Of a DNA stretch of 64,000 bases, positions 24,136-35,800 are shown piece after piece. Position 1 is the first letter of the stretch. Each line of letters starts with the position of its first letter. The stretch is from Octopus sinensis. Lineage: Eukaryota. The notes beneath the pieces were generated by a model. The model was given only the letters and a program-made list of their open reading frames with translations, was not told the DNA's origin and made no database searches. A program made the translations under genes and the position numbers. The DNA lies in NCBI RefSeq assembly GCF_006345805.1, contig NC_042997.1, positions 42,098,001-42,162,000 on the forward strand, in the 5' to 3' direction.

Positions 24136-24547
24136 GGCGCAGGAGTGGCTGTGTGGAAAGTAGCTTGCTAACCAGCCACATGATTCCGGGTTCAGTCCCA
24201 CTGCGTGGCATCTTGGGCAAGTGTCTTCTGCTATAGCCCCGGGCCGACCAATGCCTTGTGAGTGGATTTGGTAGACGGAAACCGAAAGAAGCCTGTCGTA
24301 TATATGTATATATATATATGTATATATGTATGTATTTGTGTTGTGTGTGTTTGTCCCCCTAGCATTGCTTGACAACCGATGCTGGTGTGTTTACGTCCCC
24401 GTTACTTAGCGGTTCGGCAAAAGAGACCGATAGAATAAGTACTGGGCTTACAAAGAATAAGTCCCGGGGTCGATTTTCTCGACCAAAGGCAGTGCTCCAG
24501 CATGGCCACAGTCAAATGACTGAAACAAGTAAAAGAGTAAAAGAGTA
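24136..24547 (+). mobile_element. SINE family C, full length
   Basis: Collinear match to 13409-13875. Confidence 0.9.
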
Positions 24548-24646
24548 TGATGTTTAAAATATTTTATTTTCTTTGGTCTCAACATTAATGCCACTGAATA
24601 CGATTAAATATTTATTTTCTCTTTCTCGTTTCTACTCCTTGTAAGG

Positions 24647-24684
<38 letters not shown>

Positions 24685-24767
24685 AAGAGTGTATGTACAG
24701 TATGTGGTGCCTGTACTCAATGAATGTGTAAAGATTACTGATGTGTGTCGTTTGCATTTCATTTTTA

Positions 24768-24975
24768 TGGCGGTGAGCTGGCAGAATCGTTAGCACGCCA
24801 AGCAAAATGCTTAGCGGGTTTTCGTCCATCTTTACGTTCTGAGTTCAAATTCCACCGTGGTCATCTTTGCCTTTCATCTTTTCGGGGTCGATAAAATAAG
24901 TACCAGTTGAGCACTGGAGTCAATGTAATCGACTTATTCCTCCCCGCAAATTACTAGCCTTATGCCAAAATTTGA
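24768..24975 (+). mobile_element. SINE family B-related copy with alternative tail
   Basis: GGCGGTGAGCTGGCAGAATCGTTAGC...GGGGTCGATAAAATAAGTACCAGTTGAGCACTGG. Confidence 0.8.
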
Positions 24976-25446
24976 AATCAATATATAATTTTAAAAGGTA
25001 GTAGGGTTTTCAAAAGATCAAATGGCAACATGTGTCCATCCGAGTAAAATAGGAAGCAAAGGAGCCCATAGGGACAAAATGGTTGAGAACTACTGCTATG
25101 ATCGATAGAGTTATGTATAAATACATCTTTTTTATATGTCAGTGACAAAATTTTATTTCGTCTTGTGCCCTTGGGACTCCGTCAACTCCATCACTATAAC
25201 AATATCTACCCAAACAACACCACCATCGTAAATATTAGAAAAAATACAGTATAATCATTTGTGGTTTTCTTTTTTTTTCGACTTTTTAGTTGAAATAGAG
25301 GAAATGCGTATCATTTTGTTCTGCTAAAATTTCACCGTTGAACAAATTGAGGAAATGTAGTTGAGAGTATCTGTTTAAAATTCACACATACGCAAAAAAA
25401 GGAAAGAAAACAGGAAACCAATTTCTACTACTACTACTACTACTAG

Positions 25447-25495
<49 letters not shown>

Positions 25496-25829
25496 ACTGC
25501 TACTACTACTGCTACTACTACTACTACAACAAGTAGTAATACAATAATAGTAATAAAAATTTCGTGTACAGGGAAGAGAAAAACCGGGACAAAACTGAAG
25601 GTCACAAATGTTTAGTATCGGCAGATACAAAAACCAATGTTTGAAATTACTCTATGGACTATTACATACAGTTTTATCTTATCTTCATAATATTGAGTTA
25701 ATTTTAGAAAGCTGTTAGCAATAATTTAACGCAAAAGTTCACACTTTAAAATGGTTAATCTTTGTATTGTGAGGATATCCTTGCCTTTATAAATTTGTAT
25801 TAAGAAATGATTGTGTATTCTTATATGCG

Positions 25830-25980
25830 TAGTAAGAAGTTTGCTTCTCGACCACATGATTCCAGGTTCAGTCCCACTGCATGACACTTTGGCGAGTGTC
25901 TTCTACTATAAGCCTTGGGTCAACCAAAGCCTTGTAAGTGGATTTGGTAAACGGAAACTGAAAAAACCCCATCGTATATA
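25830..25980 (+). mobile_element. SINE family C 5' half
   Basis: GTAAGAAGTTTGCTTCTCGACCACATGATTCCAGGTTCAGTCCCAC...GGAAACTGAAA. Confidence 0.7.
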
Positions 25981-25989
25981 TATATAATT

Positions 25990-26295
25990 TTTTTTCAGAA
26001 TGAGATAAAAAAAAAACCCCAAGGGTGTGAAGATTTTAGAACATTTATAAATAGAAGGTCTTACAGCTGTTTCCAGGATATTTATTATATCCCTTCATCA
26101 GAGAAGGTGCGAGAAAATGGTTAAGCAATAGTTAAGATACGAAATAGAGAGTGAAGTGTAGAAATGAAAATAGATGTGAGATATGCAGCGATATTGCATT
26201 TGTAGATCCATTATTTAGGCAGAATGGTATACATATAAGATTCCAATACCTTGTAAGTAAATTTACTTCTTGACGCCATTACCTCATAACCTATA
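25990..26295 (-). mobile_element. PLE 3' fragment: endonuclease tail and terminal repeat
   Basis: Minus strand YKVLESY...LNNGS resembles a PLE GIY-YIG C-terminus and is followed by a hammerhead motif. Confidence 0.55.
26059..26104 (-). ncRNA. Minimal type I hammerhead ribozyme motif with palindromic stem III; best preserved in the window
   Basis: UCU-CUGAUGA-A-GGGAUAU(AAUAA)AUAUCCU-G-GAA-ACAGCUGU-A-AGA: intact CUGAUGA/GAAA core, GUA site, stem I UCU/AGA. Confidence 0.7.
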
Positions 26296-26802
26296 TATAT
26301 ATATATATATATACTAAGCAATTAAGGGTTTAGCAACGAATTGCCTCACCACACACCGAATGAGGCTTTTACATGCCGAAATCTACTTGGTGTAATTAAT
26401 AATTATTCCAAATTAATTAATTTCACCCTTTATTGTTACTGATATATATATATACATATATATGTGTGTGTGTGTGTGTGTGTGTATAAATTAGAAAAAA
26501 CATCTTTTATCAATTCAAAATGAACAATTAAATTACACCATCTAGAAAATTACATATAATAGAAATATTAAAATAAAAATAATAATAATATAGCGATGAT
26601 TAAGTAAATTGCAAAATAATAATAAAAACGTATATATTTGGTAGAATAATGACACGTGTTTCGTGGCTATATTTAAGAAATGATTATAGTAAAAAAATAA
26701 TAGTTGTAGTAAAATCACTTCGATATAAATATAGCCACTCATCAGGTTAAAAATAAACTAGAATAATAAAATAATTAATTAATTAATATACTTTAATACA
26801 TG

Positions 26803-26921
26803 GAGTACGGCCATATCACGTTGAAAGCACCGGTTCTCGTCCGATCACCGAAGTTAAGCAACGTCGAGCCTAGTCAGTACTTAGATGGGTGACCGCTTGG
26901 GAAACCTAGGTGCAGTAAGCG
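26803..26921 (+). rRNA. 5S rRNA: 5S rRNA copy, dispersed, probably a pseudogene
   Basis: TACGGCCATATCACGTTGAAAGCACCGGTTCTCGTCCGATCACCGAAGTTAAGCAACGTCGAGCC...AGTACTTAGATGGGTGACCGCTTGGGAA: full-length metazoan 5S with a few substitutions. No oligo-T terminator directly after it. Confidence 0.9.
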
Positions 26922-26949
26922 TAACACATTGTTTCCCTACAGGAAAGAA

Positions 26950-27820
26950 GAAATCTAGAAGGTACCCAAGAACCTGTAAATTTTAACTGCAGGGCAAATG
27001 TTGGCATGGGGAGGACGGCAAAAACTGCAGGTTTGCCCACCCGATACCCAACCAGAACTACAGGGGTCTTAAAGAGAAGAACTGAGGAAAGGCAAGAAAT
27101 GTCTCCCAGGAAAACATTCAGGAAAGAAGTGTGCTCCTCAGATGTTCTGCGCAACGCAGCAGCTGAGCAAGAGTCTTTTTTGTGCATGGCGCAAAGGATT
27201 GTCCAGCAGCTAACCTGGCTACACCAAGCACAAAGAAGGAACCTTGCCCACCACAGTCAACAGACACGGGATGGCCTCCCCTAACGCCTGCACAGTCGTC
27301 ACCCCAATACTTTTGCTAAATATTGGGGGCCTGTTGCATCAAAATAAAAGCAAAATTTCTTTCCTGAGAAACTCGTGGAAACTCACCTCAGCCCTGACAT
27401 AGAGGACGCAGAAGTACACGTACCAAAATATGTCATACTGCGAACAGACAGAAGGGAAAGGAGCCATGGTGGAGTTGCTGTATACATCCGTGATGATCTC
27501 GCACCCCAGGTCTTACTGTCATACTCAAATTCAGTATGTGACACTCTAATTGTAAGACAACATAATATAGTCATATGCAATACATATTGCCCACCGGATG
27601 CCCCAAATCACATAGGCAAGTTTGAAGATTGCCTCACAAGAATTAAAGAAATCATCATGAATCTGGAACACCACGTGATCATATTTCTTATGGGTGATTT
27701 CAACTTCCCCAACGTCCAATGGCTCGAAGGTCTCATACTCTCAGGAATGACTCATTGTAAGCAAGCACAGATGGAGTCCCTGCTCAACCTCACCAATGCC
27801 TTATTCATGGAGCAAATAAT
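26950..27820 (+). mobile_element. CR1-group LINE fragment: ORF1 CCCH-finger remnant and APE endonuclease, truncated at (AAT)n
   Basis: CKF*LQGKCWHGEDGKNCRFAHP; PILLLNIGGL; ETHL...RTDRRERSHGGVAVYI...YCPPD...MGDFNFPNVQW...FMEQII. Confidence 0.85.
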
Positions 27821-27842
27821 AATAATAATAATAAAATAATAA

Positions 27843-27891
<49 letters not shown>

Positions 27892-27910
27892 TAATAATAA
27901 TAATAAAATA

Positions 27911-27976
<66 letters not shown>
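27815..27976. repeat. (AAT)n microsatellite
   Basis: Direct inspection. Confidence 0.95.
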
Positions 27977-27978
<2 letters not shown>

Positions 27979-28069
27979 GAATATCAATTCCGGCGTCAGA
28001 GGGATGAGATATTCAAGTTAATAATATTAAGTTGAATTATTGTCAATAAATAAATACATATATATATAT

Positions 28070-28275
28070 GCTTGTTTGTGTGTGTGTGTGTGTGTGTTTG
28101 TGTCTGCAATAACCGCTTAACAATCAGTGTCGATACATTTACGTTCTCGTAACTTAGCGCTTCGGCAAAAGAAAAACGATAGAATAAGTACTAGGAATAA
28201 AAAAAAAGTAATGAGCTCGATGCGTTCGTACGTTCGACCAAACTTCTTCAAGGCGGTACCGCAGCATGACGCAGT
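28070..28275 (+). mobile_element. Diverged SINE family C 3' half
   Basis: CTTAGCGCTTCGGCAAAAGAAAAACGATAGAATAAGTACT. Confidence 0.6.
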
Positions 28276-28310
28276 CTAACGAATGTAACAACATAAAGAT
28301 AAAAGATAGC

Positions 28311-28703
28311 TGGGGGGGGGGGAAGCACTCCGTCGGTTTCGACGATGAGGGTTCCGGTTGATCCGAATCAACGGAACAGCCTGCTCGTGAAATTAACGTG
28401 TAAGTGGCTGAGCACTCCACAGACACGTGTACCCTTAACGTAGTTCTCGGGGATATTCAGCATGACACAGAGAGTGACAAGGCCGGCCCTTTGAAATACA
28501 GGTACAACAGAAACAGGAAGTAAGAGTGAGAGAAAGTTGTGGTGAAAGAGTACAGCAGGGATCACCACCATCCCTGCCGGAGCCTCGTGGAGCTTTAGGT
28601 GTTTTCGCTCAATAAACACTCACAACGCCCGGTCTGGGGATCGAAACCGCGATCCTATGACCGCGAGTCCGCTGCCCTAACCACTGGGCCATTGCGCCTC
28701 CAC
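28311..28703 (-). mobile_element. SINE family A, full length, 12-bp TSD
   Basis: TSD ATAAAAGATAGC at 28299-28310 and 28704-28715. Confidence 0.92.
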
Positions 28704-29456
28704 ATAAAAGATAGCACACACACGCACACACACACACACACACACATACACATAACAGATCATTGGCGCAAAACAGTGTCTAAGTATGAGTAGAATTTAG
28801 GTTAGTTGACATATGTTTGTCACATATTTTAACTGCAGCTACCGTGGAGAAAAAAAACCCCTTATTGTAAAAAAAAAAATGTGTGAAAACACTCAGTTCG
28901 TTCAGTGCCGCCCTTCTGTTAGGAATCCCAGACGTTGATGTTTCGAGTCTTGGCTCTTGTCAAGGAGATGTACCTAAGAGAGGCAATTTTGAACGAACTT
29001 ATATATACAGACACACACACACACACGTTTCGATTTATACATAGAGTTGAAGAGTCAATTTTATCTTGTACTGCTAGAATTAAAACTGATTCAATGTATT
29101 ATTTCATATATTATATTATGAAATAATATTTCGGCAGTAAACTTCTGGCAAAGTGTCGATAAAACAAATGTAGAATTATGCAATAAAACGAATTGTTCAA
29201 CTCCATTCTTGTTAATGCTTATTATAATTAGGCTCCAGCTGGAACTTCGATCATTTGCTTGCTAGAGAGAAAAAATGTGGACAGGAAGGGATCCCCTGAG
29301 AGGTGTATCTGAGTTGAAATGATTGCTGGTGAAAGAATTTAAAGGACAAGACACAGCAAGAGTAGCGAGAAGAGATAGAACAGAATTGGATTTTTTTAAT
29401 CATAGTTATTCCTTTGGAGCAGTTAGTCATTGAATTTATTTAGATTTTCATACATA

Positions 29457-29865
29457 TACTCTTTTACTCTTTTACTTGTTTCAGTCATTTGACTGCGGCC
29501 ATGCTGGAGCACCGCCTTTAATCGAGCAACACGACCCCGAGACTTATTCTTTGTAAGCCCAGTACTTATTCTATCGGTCTCTTTTGCCGAACCGCTAAGT
29601 GACGGGGACATAAACACACCAGCATCGGTTGTCAAGCAATGCTAGGAGGACAAACACACACACATACACACATATATATATATATATACATATATAAGAC
29701 AGGCTTCTTTCAGTTTCCGTCTACCAAATCCACTCACAAGGCATTGGTCGGCCCGGGGCTATAGCAGAAGACACTTGCCCAAGATGCCACGCAGTGGGAC
29801 TGAACCTGGAACCATGTGGTTGGTTAGCAAGCTACTTACCACACAGCCACTCACAGCCACTCCTT
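29457..29865 (-). mobile_element. SINE family C, full length
   Basis: Reverse-complement match to the family C consensus. Confidence 0.9.
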
Positions 29866-29904
29866 GAATTTTTTTTTATAAACTCCAGGCGCCTTCAACT
29901 AATA

Positions 29905-30222
29905 TTGAAAGCACGTGGCTTAACGGTTAGAGTATTCGGTTCATGATTGTATAGTGGCGAATGCAATACCCAGCAGCGCGTTGTGTCCTTGAGCAAGGCA
30001 CTTTTTTGTTGCTCCAATCCATTCAGCTGGCAAAAATGACTGGTACCGGTATTTCAAAGGGCCACCCTTGTCACATTGTGCCACACTGAATCTCCCTGAG
30101 AACAAGGTAAAGTTACGCGTGTCTGTGGAATGCTCAGCCACTTGCACGTTAATTTCACGAGCAGGCTGTTCCGTTGATCGGATCAACTGGAAACCTCGTC
30201 GTCGTAACCGACGGAGTGCCAC
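29905..30222 (+). mobile_element. SINE family D: distinct head and middle with the same Ceph-like 3' domain as family A
   Basis: Head GCACGTGGCTTAACGGTTAGAG, middle GTTGTGTCCTTGAGCAAGGCAC, tail CACGTTAATTTCACGAGCAGGCTGTTCCGTTGATCGGATCAAC...CGACGGAGTGCC. Confidence 0.8.
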
Positions 30223-30395
30223 TTTTTCAAATGTCTAATGACTGTGTTAATAGAAAGTTGTTCTTCACAGTTAACGCAAAACTCCTTTTATATATTGTTT
30301 CATTATATGACATATCTATCTCAGTAACGATGCTGTAAATAGTGTGTAAATACTTCCGTTGTTTCTTACACAATATTTCAAATAATTATAAATAA

Positions 30396-30797
30396 GCAGG
30401 AGTGGCTGTGTGGTAAGTAGCTTGCTTACCAACCACATGGTTCCGGGTTCAGTCCCACTGCGTGGCACCTTGGGCAAGTGTCTTCTACTATAGACTCAGG
30501 CCGACCAATGCCTTGTGAGTGGATTTGGTAGAAGGAAGTTGAAAGAAGCCTGTCGTATATATGTATATATGCGTGTGTGTGTTTGTGTGTCTGTGTTTGT
30601 CCCCCTAGCATTGCTTGACAACCGATGCTGGTGTGTTTACGTCCCCGTTACTTAGCGGTTCGGCAAAAGAGATCGATAGAATAAGTACTGGGCTTACAAA
30701 AGAATAAGTCCCGGGGTCGAGTTGCTCGATTAAAGGCAGTGCTCCAGCATGGCCGGAGTCAAATGACTGAAACAAGTAAAAGAGAGTAAAGAGTAAG
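30396..30797 (+). mobile_element. SINE family C, full length
   Basis: Collinear match. Confidence 0.9.
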
Positions 30798-31351
30798 AGT
30801 GAGCTACCGTTTCTAAAATATGTATTATATAGGTGTTTGTGCACGCGCGCATGTTGTTCGTGTTGTGGCCGAAAATCCGATTATAACGTTTTAAAAAATG
30901 TAATTGAAATCATATAGAATTGCAGATATTAACAAAGTTGGTTGGTTGGTTGTACAAGTTTGCGTTTATATCATTGAAATTATGAGAAATTTTTGAAATC
31001 AAGTTTGAACCTATGAGGACACTAACCAAAATACTGATGTATTCGGCTATATATTGTCTAGAATTAAGCGGCTCTCGGCTATGTCATACTTGTCTTTCAA
31101 GACACATTAGGCTCCAAGTCAAAAGCTTTTGCGATGACACAGACAAAGAAAATGAATTTAAATGTTTACAGGACACCTTTTGCATAATAATTAGATACAT
31201 ATGTAGGCGACAGCATACTTAATGATTAAAATATTTGAGCATTTAAAATTAATCAAGCATGAAGTAAAAAAGAAATTAGCAATATATTTGTTGAGGTAAA
31301 GCAAAATAATATTGACAAAAGTCACCTGCAACAAATATACGACTTAGTATT

Positions 31352-31768
31352 ACTCTTTCTCTTCTACTCTTTTACTTGTTTCTGTCATTTGACTGCGGCC
31401 ATGCTGGAGCACCGCCTTTAGTCGAGCAAATCGACCCCGGGACTTATTCTTTGTAAGCCCAGTACTTATTCTAACGGTCTCTTTTGCCGAACTGCTAAGT
31501 AACGGGGACGTAAACACATCAGCATCGGTTGTCAAGCAATGCTAGGGGGACAAACACAGACATAGAAACACACACACATACACACACACGCTTATATATA
31601 TATACATATATACGACGGGCTTCTTTCAGTTTCCATCTACCAAATCCACTCACAAGGCTTTGGTCGGCCCGAGGCTATAGTAGAAGACACTTGCCCAAGG
31701 TGCCACGCAGTGGGACTGAACCCGGAACCATGTGGTTGGTAAACAAGCTACTTACCACACAGCCACTA
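31352..31768 (-). mobile_element. SINE family C, full length
   Basis: Reverse-complement match. Confidence 0.9.
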
Positions 31769-32399
31769 TATATTTACTTAATGTTTCATTCGCCAACAGT
31801 CAGCAATACATAGAAATGCCGAACTTTGTAGAATGCCAGTAGTTGCCCATACATGCAAACTTCCACCTCTCTTCCAAGATTAAATCTAAACTAATGAGAA
31901 TGAATGACGGATGTCATTAACAGAAGTGATGTGATTAAAGCAAACGACTTCATCTGACAACACTTACATTCTTATTAATTAATAAATTGCATTAGAGATA
32001 CACTAACATAATGTACCTACCCAAACTTGTCCTTAAAAAATAACTGCTACACGACTCGAATAATCTCACAGGAGAACCACTAAACAGAGAAGGCTGGGAA
32101 AGTTTTACTTTTACAAGTAGGAAGAATCGACTGTGTGCCTAAGCGCTTAATGCGTTTTTATCTCGGTGGAATATATATGAAATTATTCCAGTGGGTGTTA
32201 GGCTGAGATTTTTTTTTTCCATTTCAAATGGAATTGAATAATTGCCAACTATGTGTCACAGGAACTATTTCATAGACGCCAGGGAGATGAAATCTAGAGC
32301 CGATCATGCCCAGGGGTCACGAACTAACTTTTGAAAATCACCTAACCCATTATATATTTTATCAATTGTATCAACCCCCAACAGTGTGTGTATATGTGG

Positions 32400-32439
32400 T
32401 GCGTGCGTGCGTGTGCGTGTGTGCGTGCGTGTGTGTCCG

Positions 32440-32487
<48 letters not shown>

Positions 32488-32490
32488 TAT
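32400..32490. repeat. (GTGC)n microsatellite
   Basis: Direct inspection. Confidence 0.9.
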
Positions 32491-33356
32491 GTGTATTCTG
32501 TATGTGGTGTGCATGGGAAATAATATCACACCAGCGCAAAGTTACGACTCGTAAGTAAATCTCAAGATACGAAGCCAATTGATAAGAATTCTTATCTTAT
32601 ACATAATTCTTATTACACCGTTTCCCTGTTGAAATATTGTACGCAAAGATTCTTTGAAGAATGTACTCTTGTGGCAAGAGTCAGCGCATCGAAACAGATA
32701 ACTGGACTGAAAAGAAATGAGGAAGCGTCGGTCAAAGAGACTTCGTAGGTCAGAAAAGAAATTTATAGATTTATGGAAACAGGTTCGTAGAGATTTATTT
32801 ATTAGAAAATATATCTGTGCAACAGGAATAGAACATCTGTAATGCTATCACTTTGCTTCTAACGAATTTGAAAAGCCTACAGCAAATGTGTGCGTGCGCG
32901 CGTGTACCTGCATGTAGACATAAAGTGGTAAGGCGGTAAATAGCTTAGCGGCATTTCTTTGGGTTTTTTAACGTTCAGTGATCAAATCCTGCTGAGGTTA
33001 GCTTTGCCTTTCATCACTTCGCGGTCGATAAATAAAGTATTTGTCCCCACCCGTCGAAAATTGCTAGCTGTGAACCCTGCAACGGATCCCGGCATCTCGT
33101 TCAGGGAGAATGTTGAAACGTCGGTCGCTTATACGCCATGGAAACTGGGTAACCGACCTTATAAGTCCTAGGGTTCAAGAATTCACACACACACACACGT
33201 ATATATACATAAACAAATATCGGTCGCACATATGTAGTGTTTGTGCTTTGTTTATAAACAAAATTTGAAGCAGGATAGCGTCCAGGGTAAGCTCTCTACA
33301 CCACGCCAAGAGTTGAAGAGCACTGAAAGTCAGCGTGTTCTTTAACATCCGGTGTC

Positions 33357-33399
<43 letters not shown>

Positions 33400-33982
33400 T
33401 ATATACATATATGTGTGTGTGTGTATGTTTGTCTCCCACCACCGCTTGACATCCGGTGTTGTATTTATGTTCCCAGTAATTTAGCGGTTTGGCAAAAGAG
33501 ACTGATAGTAGGTGGAGTGGATGATAGTGAAGGAAGTACTAGAACTATTAGTTGCAATTGTGCAAAGTACAGGGTCTGACCACTTGACTCCGATTGAAAA
33601 CATCGCATACAGATGTAAGATTACCTCAGAGAATAGAGAATATTTCTATATAGGAGTTAGTTGATATTATATTAAGCAAAGAATTGTCAATCATTTAAGC
33701 TCATTTAGAAATAGGGACAAAATGAATACTACCAGCCTTAGTAAGCTAATTCGGTGACTTAAAGATAGTAACAAAGTATTTTTGATTGTTTGGGAAATTA
33801 TTAGTAAAGCAAAACCTTATAGAATAGGCGAAAATCGATAAAATTTTTGTGTGGAGGAAACGTACCAAATTTTCTGTTCTAAATATATTATTATAAACAC
33901 CAGAGAAGAATAGGCTGCAAGATGCCTGCATTGGATTAAATATACGTTTAAACGATTTAAAGAAACATAAATTACCATCTTG

Positions 33983-34388
33983 CGCAGGAGTGGCTGTGTG
34001 GTAAGTAGCTTGTTTACCAACCACATGGTTCCGGGTTCAGTCCCACTGCGTGGCACCTTGGGAAAGTGTCTTCTACTATAGCCTCGGGCCGACCAAAGCC
34101 TTGTGAGTGGATTTGGTAGACGGAAACTGAAAGAAGCCCGTCGTATATATGTATATATATGTATGTGCGTGTGTGTTTGTGTGTCTGTGTTTGTCCCATC
34201 CAACATCGCTTGACAACCGATGCTGGTGTGTTTACGTCCCCGTTACTTAGCGGTTCGGCAAAAGAGGCCGATAGAATAAGTACTGGGCTTACAAAGAATA
34301 AGTCCCGGGGTCGAGTTGCTCGATTAAAGGCGGTGCTCCAGCATGGCCGCAGTCAAATGACTGAAACAAGTAAAAGAGTAAAAGAGTA
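33983..34388 (+). mobile_element. SINE family C, full length
   Basis: Collinear match. Confidence 0.9.
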
Positions 34389-34631
34389 TCTATAATAATT
34401 ATACTAATGATTGTGAAAATTAATGAAATTTTTGCAAATAATACCAAAATAATCTTAGTAATAATAACAATAATAATATTAAATGAGGGTATGAATAAGT
34501 CAATTAACTCTGAATAAATAATGTACTCTATGCAGTAAAATGTAAACAAAATTGCTATAATTGATTGTAATATGAATGAACATTTTATAAACCACGATTC
34601 AACTGTAATTGAGTAGAATTGACCAGAATAG

Positions 34632-35030
34632 GCGCAGGAGTGGCTGTGTGGTAAGCAGCTTGCTTACCAACCACACGGTTCCGGGTTCAGTCCCACTGCG
34701 TGGCACTTTGGGCAAGTGTCTTCTACTATAGCCCCGGGCCGACCAAAGCCTTGTGAGTGGATTTGGTAGACGGAAACTGAAAGAAGCCCGTCGTATATAT
34801 GTATATATATGTATGTATGTGCGTGTGTGTTTGTGTGTCTGTGTTTGTCCCCCTAGCATTGCTTGACAACCGATGCTGGTGTGTGTACGTCCCCGTCACT
34901 TAGCGGTTCGGCAAAAGAGACCGATAGAATAAGTACTGGGCTTACAAAGAATAAGTCCCGGGGTCGAGTTGCTCGATTAAAGGCGGTGCTCCAGCATGGC
35001 CGCAGTCAAAATGACTGAAACAAGTAAAAA
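34632..35030 (+). mobile_element. SINE family C, full length
   Basis: Collinear match. Confidence 0.9.
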
Positions 35031-35304
35031 AAAAAAAATTCAATATGACTAAAAAAGTGACGCTAAAACCTTCATTTGAATACCAACGCAGTAGGAGTTT
35101 GTTTGAATTAGTTCAATTTGAAAACGTCGTAAGTGATGGATCCTTGATGAAATTGCAGCGACTAGGATGATAATTGCATAAGGATGCAATGTGCAGTTGC
35201 TGCAATTGAAACATATGTTGGTCATTGTTATATATGGTGTAGAAAACTTTTTTTTAATAAAAGGTTTTGGATGTGAATAAATCTCCACTCTTCTCTTCGT
35301 TTTC

Positions 35305-35464
35305 AATTATATATATATATATATCTACACACCACACACACACACACCATATATATATATATACATTTATATATATATATATATTATATATATATATATA
35401 TATATACATATATATATACATATATATATAATATATATCTACATGTATATATATATACATTTAT

Positions 35465-35547
<83 letters not shown>

Positions 35548-35552
35548 CATAC

Positions 35553-35644
<92 letters not shown>

Positions 35645-35735
35645 GATATAGATAGATACATATAGATACACACATACACACACATATCATGTACACATAT
35701 CATGTACACATATAAACATATATATTCATAAATAT

Positions 35736-35786
<51 letters not shown>

Positions 35787-35800
35787 AAAATACACAAAAA
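35305..35800. repeat. Compound (TA)n/(TAGA)n/(CA)n microsatellite
   Basis: Direct inspection. Confidence 0.95.

Noticed and set aside
33070-33130. GAAACGTCGGT as a hammerhead 3' half
   Set aside because: The upstream CUGANGA is not present intact.
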